Origin: a virus
Lineage: Duplodnaviria > Caudoviricetes
IMG/VR virus record: IMGVR_UViG_3300021400_000138
Location: 1 to 64,000 of that record
Reading direction: 5' to 3' (one strand)
Length of the DNA: 64,000 nt
Shown here: positions 32,038-42,027 of the stretch, one piece after another
How positions within the stretch are numbered: position 1 is the first letter of the stretch
Layout: the number at the start of each line of letters is the position of its first letter
The notes under the pieces: model-generated
The model's database searches: none
What the model saw: only the letters and a program-made list of their open reading frames with translations
What the model was told of the DNA's origin: nothing
Program-made: the position numbers and the translations under genes

Positions 32038-32751
32038 ATGGCATACAAAAAAGAAACAATCGTAAGCATCACAAAGAAGGCAGCTGAACTTACAAAGATT
32101 TACAGAAACAAAAAGTCTAGTGAAATCAACATCTGCATTTCCAAAGGAAACAAAAAGATCGGTCGTGTACTTAATGTTTCTCTGATGCCGATTATGACTT
32201 GCGGAAATTGCAAACACTGCCAGGGTATTTGCTATGACATCAAGGCTTGTGTCCAGTACAAGAATGTTCTGGATGCAAGAGTTCGCAATACGGTTCTTGT
32301 TAAAGATCATAGAGATATCTATTTCAACAAGATTAAAGAAGCCTGCAAGAGAAGAAAAACAAACAAATTCTTCCGCTGGCATGTGGCTGGCGATATTCTT
32401 GACTACGATTACTTCTGCCAGATGGTTGATATAGCAAGAGAATTTCCGGAGTTCATCTTCTGGACATACACAAAGATGTATTACATCGTTAATGAATGGT
32501 GCGACAAAAACGGAAGAGAAAATCTTCCGAAGAATCTTTCGATTATGTACTCCGAGTGGAAGACGGTTGATGAAAATGGAAATTACGTTGTTGTTCCGTT
32601 TGATAATCCTTATAACTTCCCTGTATTTGCAGTTCGCTTCAAGGGAGAAGATGCCCCGAAAATGCATCGTTGCCCTGGTAACTGTGATATCTGTAAAGAA
32701 ACAAAACATGGTTGCCCGTTTGGAGAAAGCAGTTATGCAGATGAACATTAA
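32038..32751 (+). CDS. GP88-family (radical-SAM-related, Cys-rich) phage protein
   Basis: SKGNKKIG, TCGNCKHCQGICY, FFRWHVAGDI, FWTYTK, CPGNCDIC. Confidence 0.7.
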   Translation: MAYKKETIVSITKKAAELTKIYRNKKSSEINICISKGNKKIGRVLNVSLMPIMTCGNCKHCQGICYDIKACVQYKNVLDARVRNTVLVKDHRDIYFNKIKEACKRRKTNKFFRWHVAGDILDYDYFCQMVDIAREFPEFIFWTYTKMYYIVNEWCDKNGRENLPKNLSIMYSEWKTVDENGNYVVVPFDNPYNFPVFAVRFKGEDAPKMHRCPGNCDICKETKHGCPFGESSYADEH

Positions 32752-32795
32752 ATATGAATAATAAAAAGTAGTTGACAAAAGAAAGGAGATATGAT

Positions 32796-33317
32796 ATGAA
32801 TAAAGTAGGCTACAAGTTATTTGAAATGAATACAAATGGTGATCTCTTTCCTCTCTTTATTGACAAAAACACTCCAATTCCTAAAAACAAATGGATTCCC
32901 GCTGAATATCATCCAACTAAAGGATTTGCACCAAGAGGTGGTTGGCACATTGGTGCAGATGTTCCTGATGCTCCCTGGTTAAAAGCTTATAACGGAACAG
33001 ATACTGGTTACTACAAACCGAGATGGAAACACGGTCAGCGTGTTTGGTGTGTAGTTGAGTACAATGCAAACCATGATTATAATATGGAAGTTTCTCAGTT
33101 AACAAAGAAATGTTTCACGGATCGGGTTCCGGAAGATGGATATTATTTCTTTAGAGAAGTTGGTAAAGGAACTTGGGTAATAACTTCTGATATTAAGATA
33201 CTGAAAGTTCTTACCGAGGAAGAAAGGCAGCATATTATAAAGGAAGCGAAATACGATGAAGCCGCAGCGTATAGTAAATATAAGGAGGCGTTTGAAAAAA
33301 GAGGAGTGGTTGCTTGA
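32796..33317 (+). CDS. conserved phage hypothetical protein
   Basis: GYKLFE...LFPLFI...KGFAPRGGWH; AAGGAG RBS. Confidence 0.7.
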   Translation: MNKVGYKLFEMNTNGDLFPLFIDKNTPIPKNKWIPAEYHPTKGFAPRGGWHIGADVPDAPWLKAYNGTDTGYYKPRWKHGQRVWCVVEYNANHDYNMEVSQLTKKCFTDRVPEDGYYFFREVGKGTWVITSDIKILKVLTEEERQHIIKEAKYDEAAAYSKYKEAFEKRGVVA

Positions 33318-33375
33318 AAAGAACATAATTGCTGTTGATGATAACGATAAACAAGAATAATAAAGAAAAGGAGAT

Positions 33376-34371
33376 ATGAATATGGCAGCAAATGTAGAAT
33401 GGATGTTCAGTGGCAGCAATGAAACCCCGTGGCACGGAATCGGTGAGGTTATAAAGGGAACCCTTTCTTCTGAAGAAGCAATCAAAGTAGCAAAACTTGA
33501 TTGGGATGTTATTCCTAAGCCGTTATTTGATGAAAAGCATAGAGAGATTCCAGGCTTCAAGGTAAATGTAAGAAGTTCTGATGATAAGATCCTTGGTGTT
33601 GTTACTGATAGATATAAAATCGTACAGAATGATGAAGCATTTGCTTTTACGGATTCTCTTCTTGGCAAGGGTGTTCAGTATGAATCAGCTGGTTCTCTTG
33701 CATCTGGAAAAAGAATTTGGATGCTGGCTCGTATGGAAAACACAACTCTTGCAGAAGAGAAAATTGATCCTTATCTGGTATTTACTAATTCTCATGATGG
33801 AACTGGTGCAATAAGAGTTGCTATTACTCCTGTACGTGTCGTTTGTCAGAACACGTTAAATCTTGCTCTTCATCAGGCATCTCGTCACTGGTCCTGTGTA
33901 CACACTGGTGATATTCAGGGCAAACTTGAAGAAGCCAGATATACATTATCTAATGCAGAAAGATATATGGAAGCATTAGAAGAAGAGTTCGGTGAACTTA
34001 AGCTGAAGAAAGTTACCGAAAAAGAAGTTAGAGATCTTACTGATAAGCTTTTGGAAATGGAGTTTGAAGATCTCGTAAAGAGAGCAAACGTTGACAAGAA
34101 AGTTGTTGACTTCAAAGACATCTTGAAGTCGCACAAAGCAGAAGAGAAACTCGATCAGAAAAGAACGGAGATCTTGAATATCTACTTTGATAAACCTGAT
34201 CTTCGTGGCACAGAACACACAGCATTTAGATTTGTTAATGCAATTAGTGATTATTGTACTCACACAACGGATCACAAAAACACTAGAAACTATCAGGAAA
34301 ACCTCTTCATGAAGGTTGTTGATGGACATAGCATGATCGATAACGCTTATAAGTTAGTTAAATCCGCTTAA
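33376..34371 (+). CDS. DUF932/DUF945 family protein
   Basis: ETPWHGIG, LGVVTDRYKIVQN, NSHDG, TPVRVVCQNTL. Confidence 0.85.
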   Translation: MNMAANVEWMFSGSNETPWHGIGEVIKGTLSSEEAIKVAKLDWDVIPKPLFDEKHREIPGFKVNVRSSDDKILGVVTDRYKIVQNDEAFAFTDSLLGKGVQYESAGSLASGKRIWMLARMENTTLAEEKIDPYLVFTNSHDGTGAIRVAITPVRVVCQNTLNLALHQASRHWSCVHTGDIQGKLEEARYTLSNAERYMEALEEEFGELKLKKVTEKEVRDLTDKLLEMEFEDLVKRANVDKKVVDFKDILKSHKAEEKLDQKRTEILNIYFDKPDLRGTEHTAFRFVNAISDYCTHTTDHKNTRNYQENLFMKVVDGHSMIDNAYKLVKSA

Positions 34372-34470
34372 ACAACTAAATACAATTGAATAACATGCGA
34401 AGAGGGAATTCACAGCGAGTTTCCTCTTTGATTTCTCTAAAAGATTCTAAAAAAGAAAAGGAGATAAGAT

Positions 34471-35463
34471 ATGCTGAATAAGGCAAACATTACATGGAGC
34501 GCAAAACAGGTTTACAAGATGTGGTTAAACAACCTTTTTAGATTTGATAACATTATCCAAAGATCTTATATATGGGAACAGATAAGAAAATCTGAACTTA
34601 TTCATTCTATGCTGGAAGGTTATCCGATCCCGCCGTTTTACGCAAGAAAAGTTGACGGCAAGATTTATGACTTCCTGGATGGAAAGCAGAGAATGAATGC
34701 AATTACTGGATATATTAATGATGTATACGAACTCAAAGGAATTGATCTGGTTGAGTTTGAAGATAAAATAATTGATGTAAACGGAAAGAAGTTTTCTGAA
34801 CTTCCGGAAGATCTTCAGGACAGAATCAAAGATTATTCTTTGACAATTTATTACTACGAAGCAATCACGCCAGAGCAGGTAAGAACAATGTTCCGCAAAC
34901 TGAACAATGGAAAGCCGCTGTCGGCGAAGGAACGTAATATTGCAAATTGTGTTGATATCATTCGGGTATCAGATATTGGTAATCACGAACTCTTCCAGAA
35001 AATTCTTACAGAAAAGGGAAGAGATTCAAGGAAACAGTTGCCGATTGTTATGAAGATCTGGACCATGCTGAATGAAGAAGTTGATACAATCTCATTTGAC
35101 AGCAAGACATTTAATGAGATCATGCAGCAGACAAGAATTGCCGATGACGAAAAGGAAAGGATTGTTACGATTCTGGATAAGATCCTTGCAGTTTATAATC
35201 TTCTTGAAGAAGAAAAGAGAACCGAACGGAAGAAGATGGTTAATGAAACTCATCTGGTTTCGCTCATTCCATTTTTCGAGAAGGCTGTTGATGATGGTAT
35301 TGAAGATAAACTGATGGCAGACTTTATTGTGAAACTGTTCTGTGAAAGAGTTGTTTCTGAGGAATACGAAAAGGCTTGCCACGGCGGAGTTGCCAGAAAC
35401 GCAAACGTAGTTAAACGAAATGAAGAAATTCAGAAGGTTTGGAATGATTTCTTTGAACTTTAA
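34471..35463 (+). CDS. DUF262 (GmrS/ParB-like) domain protein
   Basis: IQRSYIW, LIHSMLEGYPIP, LDGKQR, FRKLNNGKPL. Confidence 0.85.
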   Translation: MLNKANITWSAKQVYKMWLNNLFRFDNIIQRSYIWEQIRKSELIHSMLEGYPIPPFYARKVDGKIYDFLDGKQRMNAITGYINDVYELKGIDLVEFEDKIIDVNGKKFSELPEDLQDRIKDYSLTIYYYEAITPEQVRTMFRKLNNGKPLSAKERNIANCVDIIRVSDIGNHELFQKILTEKGRDSRKQLPIVMKIWTMLNEEVDTISFDSKTFNEIMQQTRIADDEKERIVTILDKILAVYNLLEEEKRTERKKMVNETHLVSLIPFFEKAVDDGIEDKLMADFIVKLFCERVVSEEYEKACHGGVARNANVVKRNEEIQKVWNDFFEL

Positions 35464-35510
35464 TTGTATCTGATAATAGTGTATAATAATAGAAAGGAGG
35501 TGGTGCAACT

Positions 35511-35717
35511 TTGAGAAAGACGAGGTTTATGGATCAGTCAACATTTATTTGCACCACATGTGGAAAAACATTTCCGCTTATGAGAAGTCATGGTCAGCAT
35601 AGAGAACGTGGACATATCAAGGATCTGTGGTGTCCCTTCTGCAAGGCAGAGCGAAAGTTCCGGGAAGTGAAACGCGGCGAAGGTTATATGACGGCTGCTG
35701 GTATGATATATATGTAA
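35511..35717 (+). CDS. small zinc-ribbon protein
   Basis: CTTCG...HIKDLWCPFC; GGAGGTG RBS. Confidence 0.7.
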   Translation: MRKTRFMDQSTFICTTCGKTFPLMRSHGQHRERGHIKDLWCPFCKAERKFREVKRGEGYMTAAGMIYM

Positions 35718-35729
35718 AAATTTTGTAAT

Positions 35730-35772
35730 ACTTCATATATTGTGTTGCTCAAATATGTAGTTTTGATATAAT
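35730..35772 (+). promoter_or_regulatory. sigmaA promoter overlapped by an inverted-repeat operator
   Basis: TTGCTC-16-TATAAT with TG; ACTTCATAT-N14-ATATGTAGT straddles the -35. Confidence 0.6.
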
Positions 35773-36024
35773 CCGTTTAGAAAATAAACGGAGGGTATTG
35801 AAATGAAATATGTTATAATTACAAATAGTTGGAATGATAAAGCATCTGTTATAAAAGTTGACCAGGCAAATGCAAAAGAAAATTTAATAAAGAATTATTT
35901 GAAGCTGTATATGAACAGTAACACAGATAAAGAACATTCATATATGGACAAAGATTACGCAATAATAACCACAAAAGATAATCAGAAGATAGAATTATTT
36001 ATTGTATAAAGGAGAATAAAATAT

Positions 36025-36729
36025 ATGTTTGGAGCGCTTATTAGTATTGCACTGTTTGGATATCTTGGAATTGATGCAGCAATGAAGGTCGGTAATAATA
36101 CATCCTTAAGGCAGCAAGCCAGAGCACAGGGAAAGAAGTATTATATGGATAATAAAAATCGTTATCGTTCGGTAGATACAAATGAAATTTGTATAATTGA
36201 CAGAGATGGATTTTTTCATAATAAACATAATGTATGTTATGGAATTAAAACGGGTAGAATTGTTGATGATGCAACAAAAAATAAAGCAGCGGAATTTAAT
36301 GAGGATCTTGAGAGGAATGGAAAAGCGTATTATTATAAAGAATATTCAAGATTCAATCAGGTGAGAAATAAAAATACTTGGTATCCAATAGAAAAAGAAA
36401 CGGGAAGACCTTTTGAAATTCAGGTGTATACTGTTTATAAAGATAGTGAACTTAGACCAAGAAAAGTAAGAAGAGAGATTATTCTTTATTATTTAGATGA
36501 TCAGAAGATTAGAGATTATCAGTCTGGTCTTGAACCTGGTTATTTTGATTATGAAAAAACTAAGGAAGAAAAGGCTAAATGGAAAAAGAAATTATCTCTT
36601 GAAGAAGCACTTGCTTATACTTCTAAATATAACACCGTAGAAGAACTTGAAAATGAACTTTGTTTTCCAACTTGGAGGGATGATCATTATACGAATTGGG
36701 TATTTCCTGGCGTAAAAAGCTTTGGATGA
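36025..36729 (+). CDS. hypothetical protein with an N-terminal membrane anchor
   Basis: Hydrophobic MFGALISIALFGYLGI; AAGGAG RBS. Confidence 0.7.
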   Translation: MFGALISIALFGYLGIDAAMKVGNNTSLRQQARAQGKKYYMDNKNRYRSVDTNEICIIDRDGFFHNKHNVCYGIKTGRIVDDATKNKAAEFNEDLERNGKAYYYKEYSRFNQVRNKNTWYPIEKETGRPFEIQVYTVYKDSELRPRKVRREIILYYLDDQKIRDYQSGLEPGYFDYEKTKEEKAKWKKKLSLEEALAYTSKYNTVEELENELCFPTWRDDHYTNWVFPGVKSFG

Positions 36730-36750
36730 TTAAAATAGGAGAGTGATCGA

Positions 36751-37722
36751 ATGAAAGGCAGAGAAGAGAATAAGATCAAGATTGATAACCAGATCAAAGA
36801 AAAACTTATGGATCAGCCAAGAGTGCTGTATGAATATTTTGCATATTTGTCTAATAACGGAAGAGATTCCGCACCAACCAGAAGAGTATTTATTTATGGA
36901 ATCATTAGATTTTGCAACTGGTTAAAAGAAAACGGATACAATGTTAGTATCACTAGTGGATGGAAGAGAATTACTCCTGGCGTCATTAATACATATCTTC
37001 TTGAAATTGGGGCAAACGTAAAGCAGAAGACAAAGGCTAGTTATTATGAACATATTAAACTTTTCTTTGAATTTCTGTATAGTATGGATTATATTGAAGT
37101 TAATCCATTTGATGGAAACAAGATTCCGAAACAGAAATATAGTGAAGAAAATCATATTGAATATTTGACAGAAGAAGAGATTGTTGCAGTTAAAGAACAC
37201 ATTAGAGAAAACGAAGGAATTAATTCTCTTTTGTTTGAAACAATATTTACACTTGCATATAAGACTGGTATTCGTATTACAGCATTGACAGAAATCAATA
37301 TTGATGATATAAATATAAGTAATAATAGCATTGAAGTTACTGATAAGGAAAACTATACACGAGATGTATTTATTGGAAGCAGCACAGCAGAATTATTAAA
37401 GAAATATTTAAGATTTAGAGAAAGCCTTCCAACAGAAAGTAATGCATTATTTGTTATTAAAGATTGGGGACCGAAAGGATATGTAAGGATTCCATATAAA
37501 AGAGTTCACAGAATGATTCTTAGAAATACGGAATTCACAGGGAAACATATTACACCACATAAACTTCGTGATACTTGCGCAATGCTTGTATATGAGGAAA
37601 CTCATGACATTTATCTCACTGGGGAAGTCTTGGGCCATAAAAACTTCGAGAATACAAAAAAGTATGCTAAGGTAACGGAAAAGCGTAGAAGAGAAGCGGC
37701 GGATTTCCTTGATAAAATTTAA
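36751..37722 (+). CDS. tyrosine recombinase, catalytic motifs intact (YopP/SroD-like position)
   Basis: TGIR, K, HKLR, LGH, TKKY. Confidence 0.9.
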   Translation: MKGREENKIKIDNQIKEKLMDQPRVLYEYFAYLSNNGRDSAPTRRVFIYGIIRFCNWLKENGYNVSITSGWKRITPGVINTYLLEIGANVKQKTKASYYEHIKLFFEFLYSMDYIEVNPFDGNKIPKQKYSEENHIEYLTEEEIVAVKEHIRENEGINSLLFETIFTLAYKTGIRITALTEINIDDINISNNSIEVTDKENYTRDVFIGSSTAELLKKYLRFRESLPTESNALFVIKDWGPKGYVRIPYKRVHRMILRNTEFTGKHITPHKLRDTCAMLVYEETHDIYLTGEVLGHKNFENTKKYAKVTEKRRREAADFLDKI

Positions 37723-37735
37723 AGGAGCGTAAAGT

Positions 37736-38992
37736 ATGCTAAAAACAAGAGACGAGCTGGACAAACATTTTGAAAGTGTAATTGTAAAGTACGCAGATGA
37801 TCCAAAGATCATGAGACGGATTGCGGATTATTGCTACGAAAATTTTGATCTTCCAAGAGCAAGAACAATGACAATTCTTGGTCTGAATGTTAGTATTCGT
37901 GAATGCAGCGAAAGCGAAATCTTTTGGATTCTTGTAGCCATGAATAATTATTCCGAGAGATGGAACCTAAAGATCTCTCAGTTCTTTACAGATACAGAAA
38001 TCAATGTCTATATGAAATCCAAAAATAATAACAACCCAATAGAATTTCCACTGAGATTTCCGATGATTCAAATAGCCGATGACCAGTGGATTGGGAAGAT
38101 AACGGCTAAGGAGCTTATTCGCCTCAGAAGGGCGGACATGATCACATATAACAAAAGCGCCCAACGTCGCGCCAAGACGATTGTACGGGGCGATAAGGAG
38201 TTTACAAGGCTAAATGTGATGGTCGGTGTCGTAAATAAAATTGCAGATTTATTAGTCAAACACAGATTTATATCAAACGCTATAACGTTAAATATACCTG
38301 ACGGAATGGCAGATTTCTTTTACGACAGTAAAAATAAAGAGTTGGTTATTAATAGCCTAAGATCATTTGATATCATAGATGGTTTTCACAGGTATGTTGC
38401 TATGTGTAATGTCGCCGATGAAAATATTGATTTTGATTATCCAATGGAACTTAGGCTTGTTGCTTTTTCAGAAGAGAAAGCTAATAACTTTATTTGGCAA
38501 GAAGAACAGAAGACAAGGATGCCAGTAATTGATGCCAAGTCATATAACATGAATGATCTGGCTAATAAGATTGCAAACAGAATTGCGGAATCGAGTATTT
38601 GCGCCTTAAGCGAAATCATTGATAGGAATGGACGAATACCTATTGGTCACCTGGCGTATGCAATTGATGGAATTTATCTTAAAAATATGCCAGAGGAAAA
38701 AAAGAAAACGGCTATTGTGGATGTTACTAAAGATATTATAGAAGATTTTAATATCTTAACTGACCATGATAGTAGCTTGTTGACAATGAATTGGAAAGTG
38801 TCTGATATTTATATTTGCATTAACGTATTCTTCTTAATGAGAAACAAGGACAAAAGAAAACTCTATGATAACTATGTGCTGGTAAGAGATTCAATAAAGG
38901 AAAATCCGATTGAAAAGAAATTTATGCTAAGTAATACCATTAAAAAGCAGATGCAAATAGTTGAGGCAATAATGGAGGATGAAGATGTATAA
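37736..38992 (+). CDS. DGQHR/DndB-ParB superfamily protein (YopQ/SroE-like)
   Basis: AQR, ITLN, IIDGFHR motifs; sits between two integrase-fold genes. Confidence 0.75.
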   Translation: MLKTRDELDKHFESVIVKYADDPKIMRRIADYCYENFDLPRARTMTILGLNVSIRECSESEIFWILVAMNNYSERWNLKISQFFTDTEINVYMKSKNNNNPIEFPLRFPMIQIADDQWIGKITAKELIRLRRADMITYNKSAQRRAKTIVRGDKEFTRLNVMVGVVNKIADLLVKHRFISNAITLNIPDGMADFFYDSKNKELVINSLRSFDIIDGFHRYVAMCNVADENIDFDYPMELRLVAFSEEKANNFIWQEEQKTRMPVIDAKSYNMNDLANKIANRIAESSICALSEIIDRNGRIPIGHLAYAIDGIYLKNMPEEKKKTAIVDVTKDIIEDFNILTDHDSSLLTMNWKVSDIYICINVFFLMRNKDKRKLYDNYVLVRDSIKENPIEKKFMLSNTIKKQMQIVEAIMEDEDV

Positions 38993-39917
38993 TGAAAAGC
39001 AAAAGCTAAGGTATTTAAAAGATTGCGAGGGAGTATATGATGAGAGTACCATAAGAAATATTGTCAGCAAATTTAATGTTTGTGAATGGATAGAGATAGA
39101 AAGAGGGAAAGATATTTCTCTGTTTACAAAGTATGAAATTGACGATTATCTTTATACAGTAGGAATGAAGAGTTCTCCGGGATCTTTAGCAAGTATTGTT
39201 TCTTATTATTCTAAATATGTAGAGTGGTGTATTAACAATTCTTTGGTTCCAAGTGGAATTAATCATTTTGATGAAATTGTTGGTGAAAAGAAATTTGATA
39301 AGTATTTAAACAGAAGATTAACAAAGCGAAAATATATTACTCAAGGAGAATTTGATGATGTTTTAAATCGTATTCACAATCCCAGAGATCAATTTGTTTT
39401 ATGCTGCTTATATGAATTTGGAATTTCTCCAAACCAAGTGGAGATTATGAATATTCATTTTAGTGATTTTGATCTTAAAAACAATACAGTAAAATTGATT
39501 TCCGGAAGAGAACCGAAAGTATCACAAAAATTAATCCATTATGCAGAACTTGCAGATCAAGAACTTGAATATACAGTAGAAGTATATGATGGATCCTTTA
39601 GGAAATATAAACTTCTTGATAATGGTTTGGTATATAAAGATGTTGACTGGGGACCAATCAAGCCGAGTCCAAATGCTTCTCAGAGAATCTTCAAACTTCT
39701 ACGCCAAGTAAAGAAATCAACTGGATTGGATGATGCCGTCACAGCCAATAGTCTTTCTGATGCTGGATTTTTTATGTTTGTCGAATCAGAAGCAGAAAAA
39801 ATTGGAATAGATCCAATAGATTTCATAAAGGAAAATGAAGAGCTACTTATTAATCAGTATAACAAGAATACCGTAAGGGCATTAGTAATTTATAAAAAGG
39901 TAAAAGACCTGTTTTAA
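38979..39917 (+). CDS. degenerate tyrosine-recombinase-fold protein (YopR/MrpR/SroF-like repressor)
   Basis: MYNEKQK start and NPRDQFVLCCLYEFG; catalytic R, HxxR and H not recognisable. Confidence 0.65.
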   Translation: MKMYNEKQKLRYLKDCEGVYDESTIRNIVSKFNVCEWIEIERGKDISLFTKYEIDDYLYTVGMKSSPGSLASIVSYYSKYVEWCINNSLVPSGINHFDEIVGEKKFDKYLNRRLTKRKYITQGEFDDVLNRIHNPRDQFVLCCLYEFGISPNQVEIMNIHFSDFDLKNNTVKLISGREPKVSQKLIHYAELADQELEYTVEVYDGSFRKYKLLDNGLVYKDVDWGPIKPSPNASQRIFKLLRQVKKSTGLDDAVTANSLSDAGFFMFVESEAEKIGIDPIDFIKENEELLINQYNKNTVRALVIYKKVKDLF

Positions 39918-39966
39918 GCGGGTCTTTGGTTATAAACTTAATTAATAAAGAAAGGAAATATAATTT

Positions 39967-40239
39967 ATGAAGAGTGTAGAATTTTATAATGACCTCGCTG
40001 CTGTTCTGGAAAATGGTTCTATTGGATTCTATCTTAGCACTTCCGCATTTGAGATGACCCTGAATGTTACAAAAGATAATCTTGTGTATCTGGATGAAAA
40101 TGGTTTGTCTGTTAATATTGGTTCTTCTGAATTTACCTTTTATTTTGATATGATGGAAATTGAGTGCAGAGAGGATGAATACGGGAAGACGTACATCCTT
40201 AAGGTAAATGAAAATGAAAGATTAACATTTATTGTTTGA
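39967..40239 (+). CDS. hypothetical protein
   Basis: 90-aa ORF with AAGGAA RBS. Confidence 0.7.
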   Translation: MKSVEFYNDLAAVLENGSIGFYLSTSAFEMTLNVTKDNLVYLDENGLSVNIGSSEFTFYFDMMEIECREDEYGKTYILKVNENERLTFIV

Positions 40240-40251
40240 TAATATAAATAT

Positions 40252-40280
40252 TAAAGGGGAGTATAATTCTACTCCCCTTA
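40252..40280. terminator. bidirectional terminator between convergent genes
   Basis: AAGGGGAGTA-TAATTC-TACTCCCCTT with AT-rich flanks. Confidence 0.75.
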
Positions 40281-40285
40281 TTTAT

Positions 40286-40822
40286 TTATTTATATGCCTG
40301 TATACTATTCTTTAAGAAATTTCTATTTGCATAGTTGAGATTTTTAGTTGTTAATAATCCTTTACTTTCCATGAGTTCTAATTTAAAATCAAGAAGATCA
40401 TTCGGAACATATAAAGATCTTGCAACTGCTTCAAAATCATTATATTCTTCAAAGGCAGATAGAACCTGTTCGTCAGAAAGCAAAAGTTCGGCGCAGAAAT
40501 AATGTGCTTGGACTTCGAGAGTATCAAGGGAATCATGAATGCCAATTTCGTGATACGTCATAACTGTGTCACCGTGGAGTATAGAATGTCCAAGTTCGTG
40601 GCCCAGAATTATTGGTTCATATTCTTCGTTGAGATTGCTATCTAATATGATGTTTTCAATTCCGAATTTATTAACATAGTAACCTTTAAGTTCTTTTTGC
40701 AAATCGTGATAATATACATTGATGTTTAGGGCAGAACAAATTTTGCGCGGATTTCGTGTTCCACATTCAGATATTATATTAGCAACTTTAAAACAAATTT
40801 CTTTTAAAACTGATTTCTTCAA
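40286..40822 (-). CDS. ImmA/IrrE-family metallopeptidase (antirepressor)
   Basis: ILGHELGH HExxH and EVQAHYFCAELLL. Confidence 0.9.
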   Translation of the reverse strand: MKKSVLKEICFKVANIISECGTRNPRKICSALNINVYYHDLQKELKGYYVNKFGIENIILDSNLNEEYEPIILGHELGHSILHGDTVMTYHEIGIHDSLDTLEVQAHYFCAELLLSDEQVLSAFEEYNDFEAVARSLYVPNDLLDFKLELMESKGLLTTKNLNYANRNFLKNSIQAYK

Positions 40823-40874
40823 AGTATTATCACCACCCTTCAGTTTATAGTTTATTAACTAAAGTGTATAAAAA

Positions 40875-41261
40875 TCATAACATCTCTTTTTCTAACGCTT
40901 TTCTAAGGGAATCCATAAATACCTGGCGGTAAGATTCCAGAAATATTTCTATTGTATTCTCTTCTATTGAGGTACCAGCCATGAGGGCAGGAGTTTTTTC
41001 TTTAACAAACTTTCGCAACTCTCTTTGATATGATTCCTCGTAGAAATCATCTCCTGGATCTGACACAGAATCATCGAAAAGAAATTCTTCAGTAACACAA
41101 AGTGCTTTGGCAAGTTTACGGATATTCTTCTTATGCGGTATTGCACCGAGTTTTTCATAAGAATGTATTGTTCTTTGGGATACGCCGATTTCTTCTGCCA
41201 GATCTGTTTGAAGTAATCCAAGGGAATTGCGGCAGAATTTAATCTTTTCTCCAAATGTCAT
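40875..41261 (-). CDS. XRE-family HTH repressor (ImmR-like)
   Basis: FGEKIKFCRNSLGLLQTDLAEEIGVSQRTIHSYE. Confidence 0.9.
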   Translation of the reverse strand: MTFGEKIKFCRNSLGLLQTDLAEEIGVSQRTIHSYEKLGAIPHKKNIRKLAKALCVTEEFLFDDSVSDPGDDFYEESYQRELRKFVKEKTPALMAGTSIEENTIEIFLESYRQVFMDSLRKALEKEML

Positions 41262-41291
41262 AGCTGTTCCTCCTGTTTAGCAAAATATGTA

Positions 41292-41352
41292 ACTACATAT
41301 TTTGGATTATAATATATGAAGTTTTTGGTAGCAATAAGAAATATGAAGTTTT
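41292..41352. promoter_or_regulatory. operator repeats upstream of the XRE repressor
   Basis: ACTACATAT-N13-ATATGAAGT (41292-41322) plus half-site ATATGAAGT at 41341. Confidence 0.6.
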
Positions 41353-41394
41353 GAAAAATTTGTGAACAGAAAAATATAAATATTAAAAAAGATG

Positions 41395-41423
41395 TTGACA
41401 AGATAATTTATAGGTGGTATCAT
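41395..41423 (+). promoter_or_regulatory. sigmaA promoter divergent from the repressor
   Basis: TTGACA-17-TATCAT with TG. Confidence 0.75.
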
Positions 41424-42027
41424 ACACGATGTAAAGAAGTTCAGATGATTGTATATGTGAATAATAAAAAAGGAAACAACATATGTGGATTATAAATTCA
41501 TCAAGAAACGTAGCTCTTAACGCAGCGGAGATTAAATCTTTACAAGTAAATCCATTAGATGAATCTGGATCATGTTTTATGGTGGAACCGGATGAAGTAG
41601 TAGCTTATGGAGTGTTTTCTGGCATCAATCTCATTGCTGGTCCATATAAGTCACAAGAAAAGGCAAACGGAGTTATGATAGATATTGTTTGCAGTGTTTA
41701 TAGAGAGGATCCGTTTTATTGTCCTGAAGCGGATTATAAGGTAAAGGAATATGCATAAGATATTTCAGGTATTCAAAAATATAAGGGAACTGTTTTGTAA
41801 GCATCAGTTTGAAAGATTATATATGGACGAAGACCCGAAGGCATTGGTTTATAAGTGTAAAAAATGTGGCCAGGTTGTTCGGGCGGAGATTTTTGGAAGA
41901 GAAAATATTAACTTCCGTGGATGATATTTATTAGATAAAGAGATGGGTCGCACCCATCGGAGTCAAGGGAGCGAAGTTCGCAGATTGGTTAACTTGATAA
42001 GGTGGTAAGTGGGTAAGCCGCCATTAA

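Noticed and set aside
39900-39917. Possible ninth cassette site GTAAAA-gacctg-TTTTAA
   Set aside because: Isolated, and explained by the overlapping terminator-like hairpin AAAGACCTG/CGGGTCTTT.
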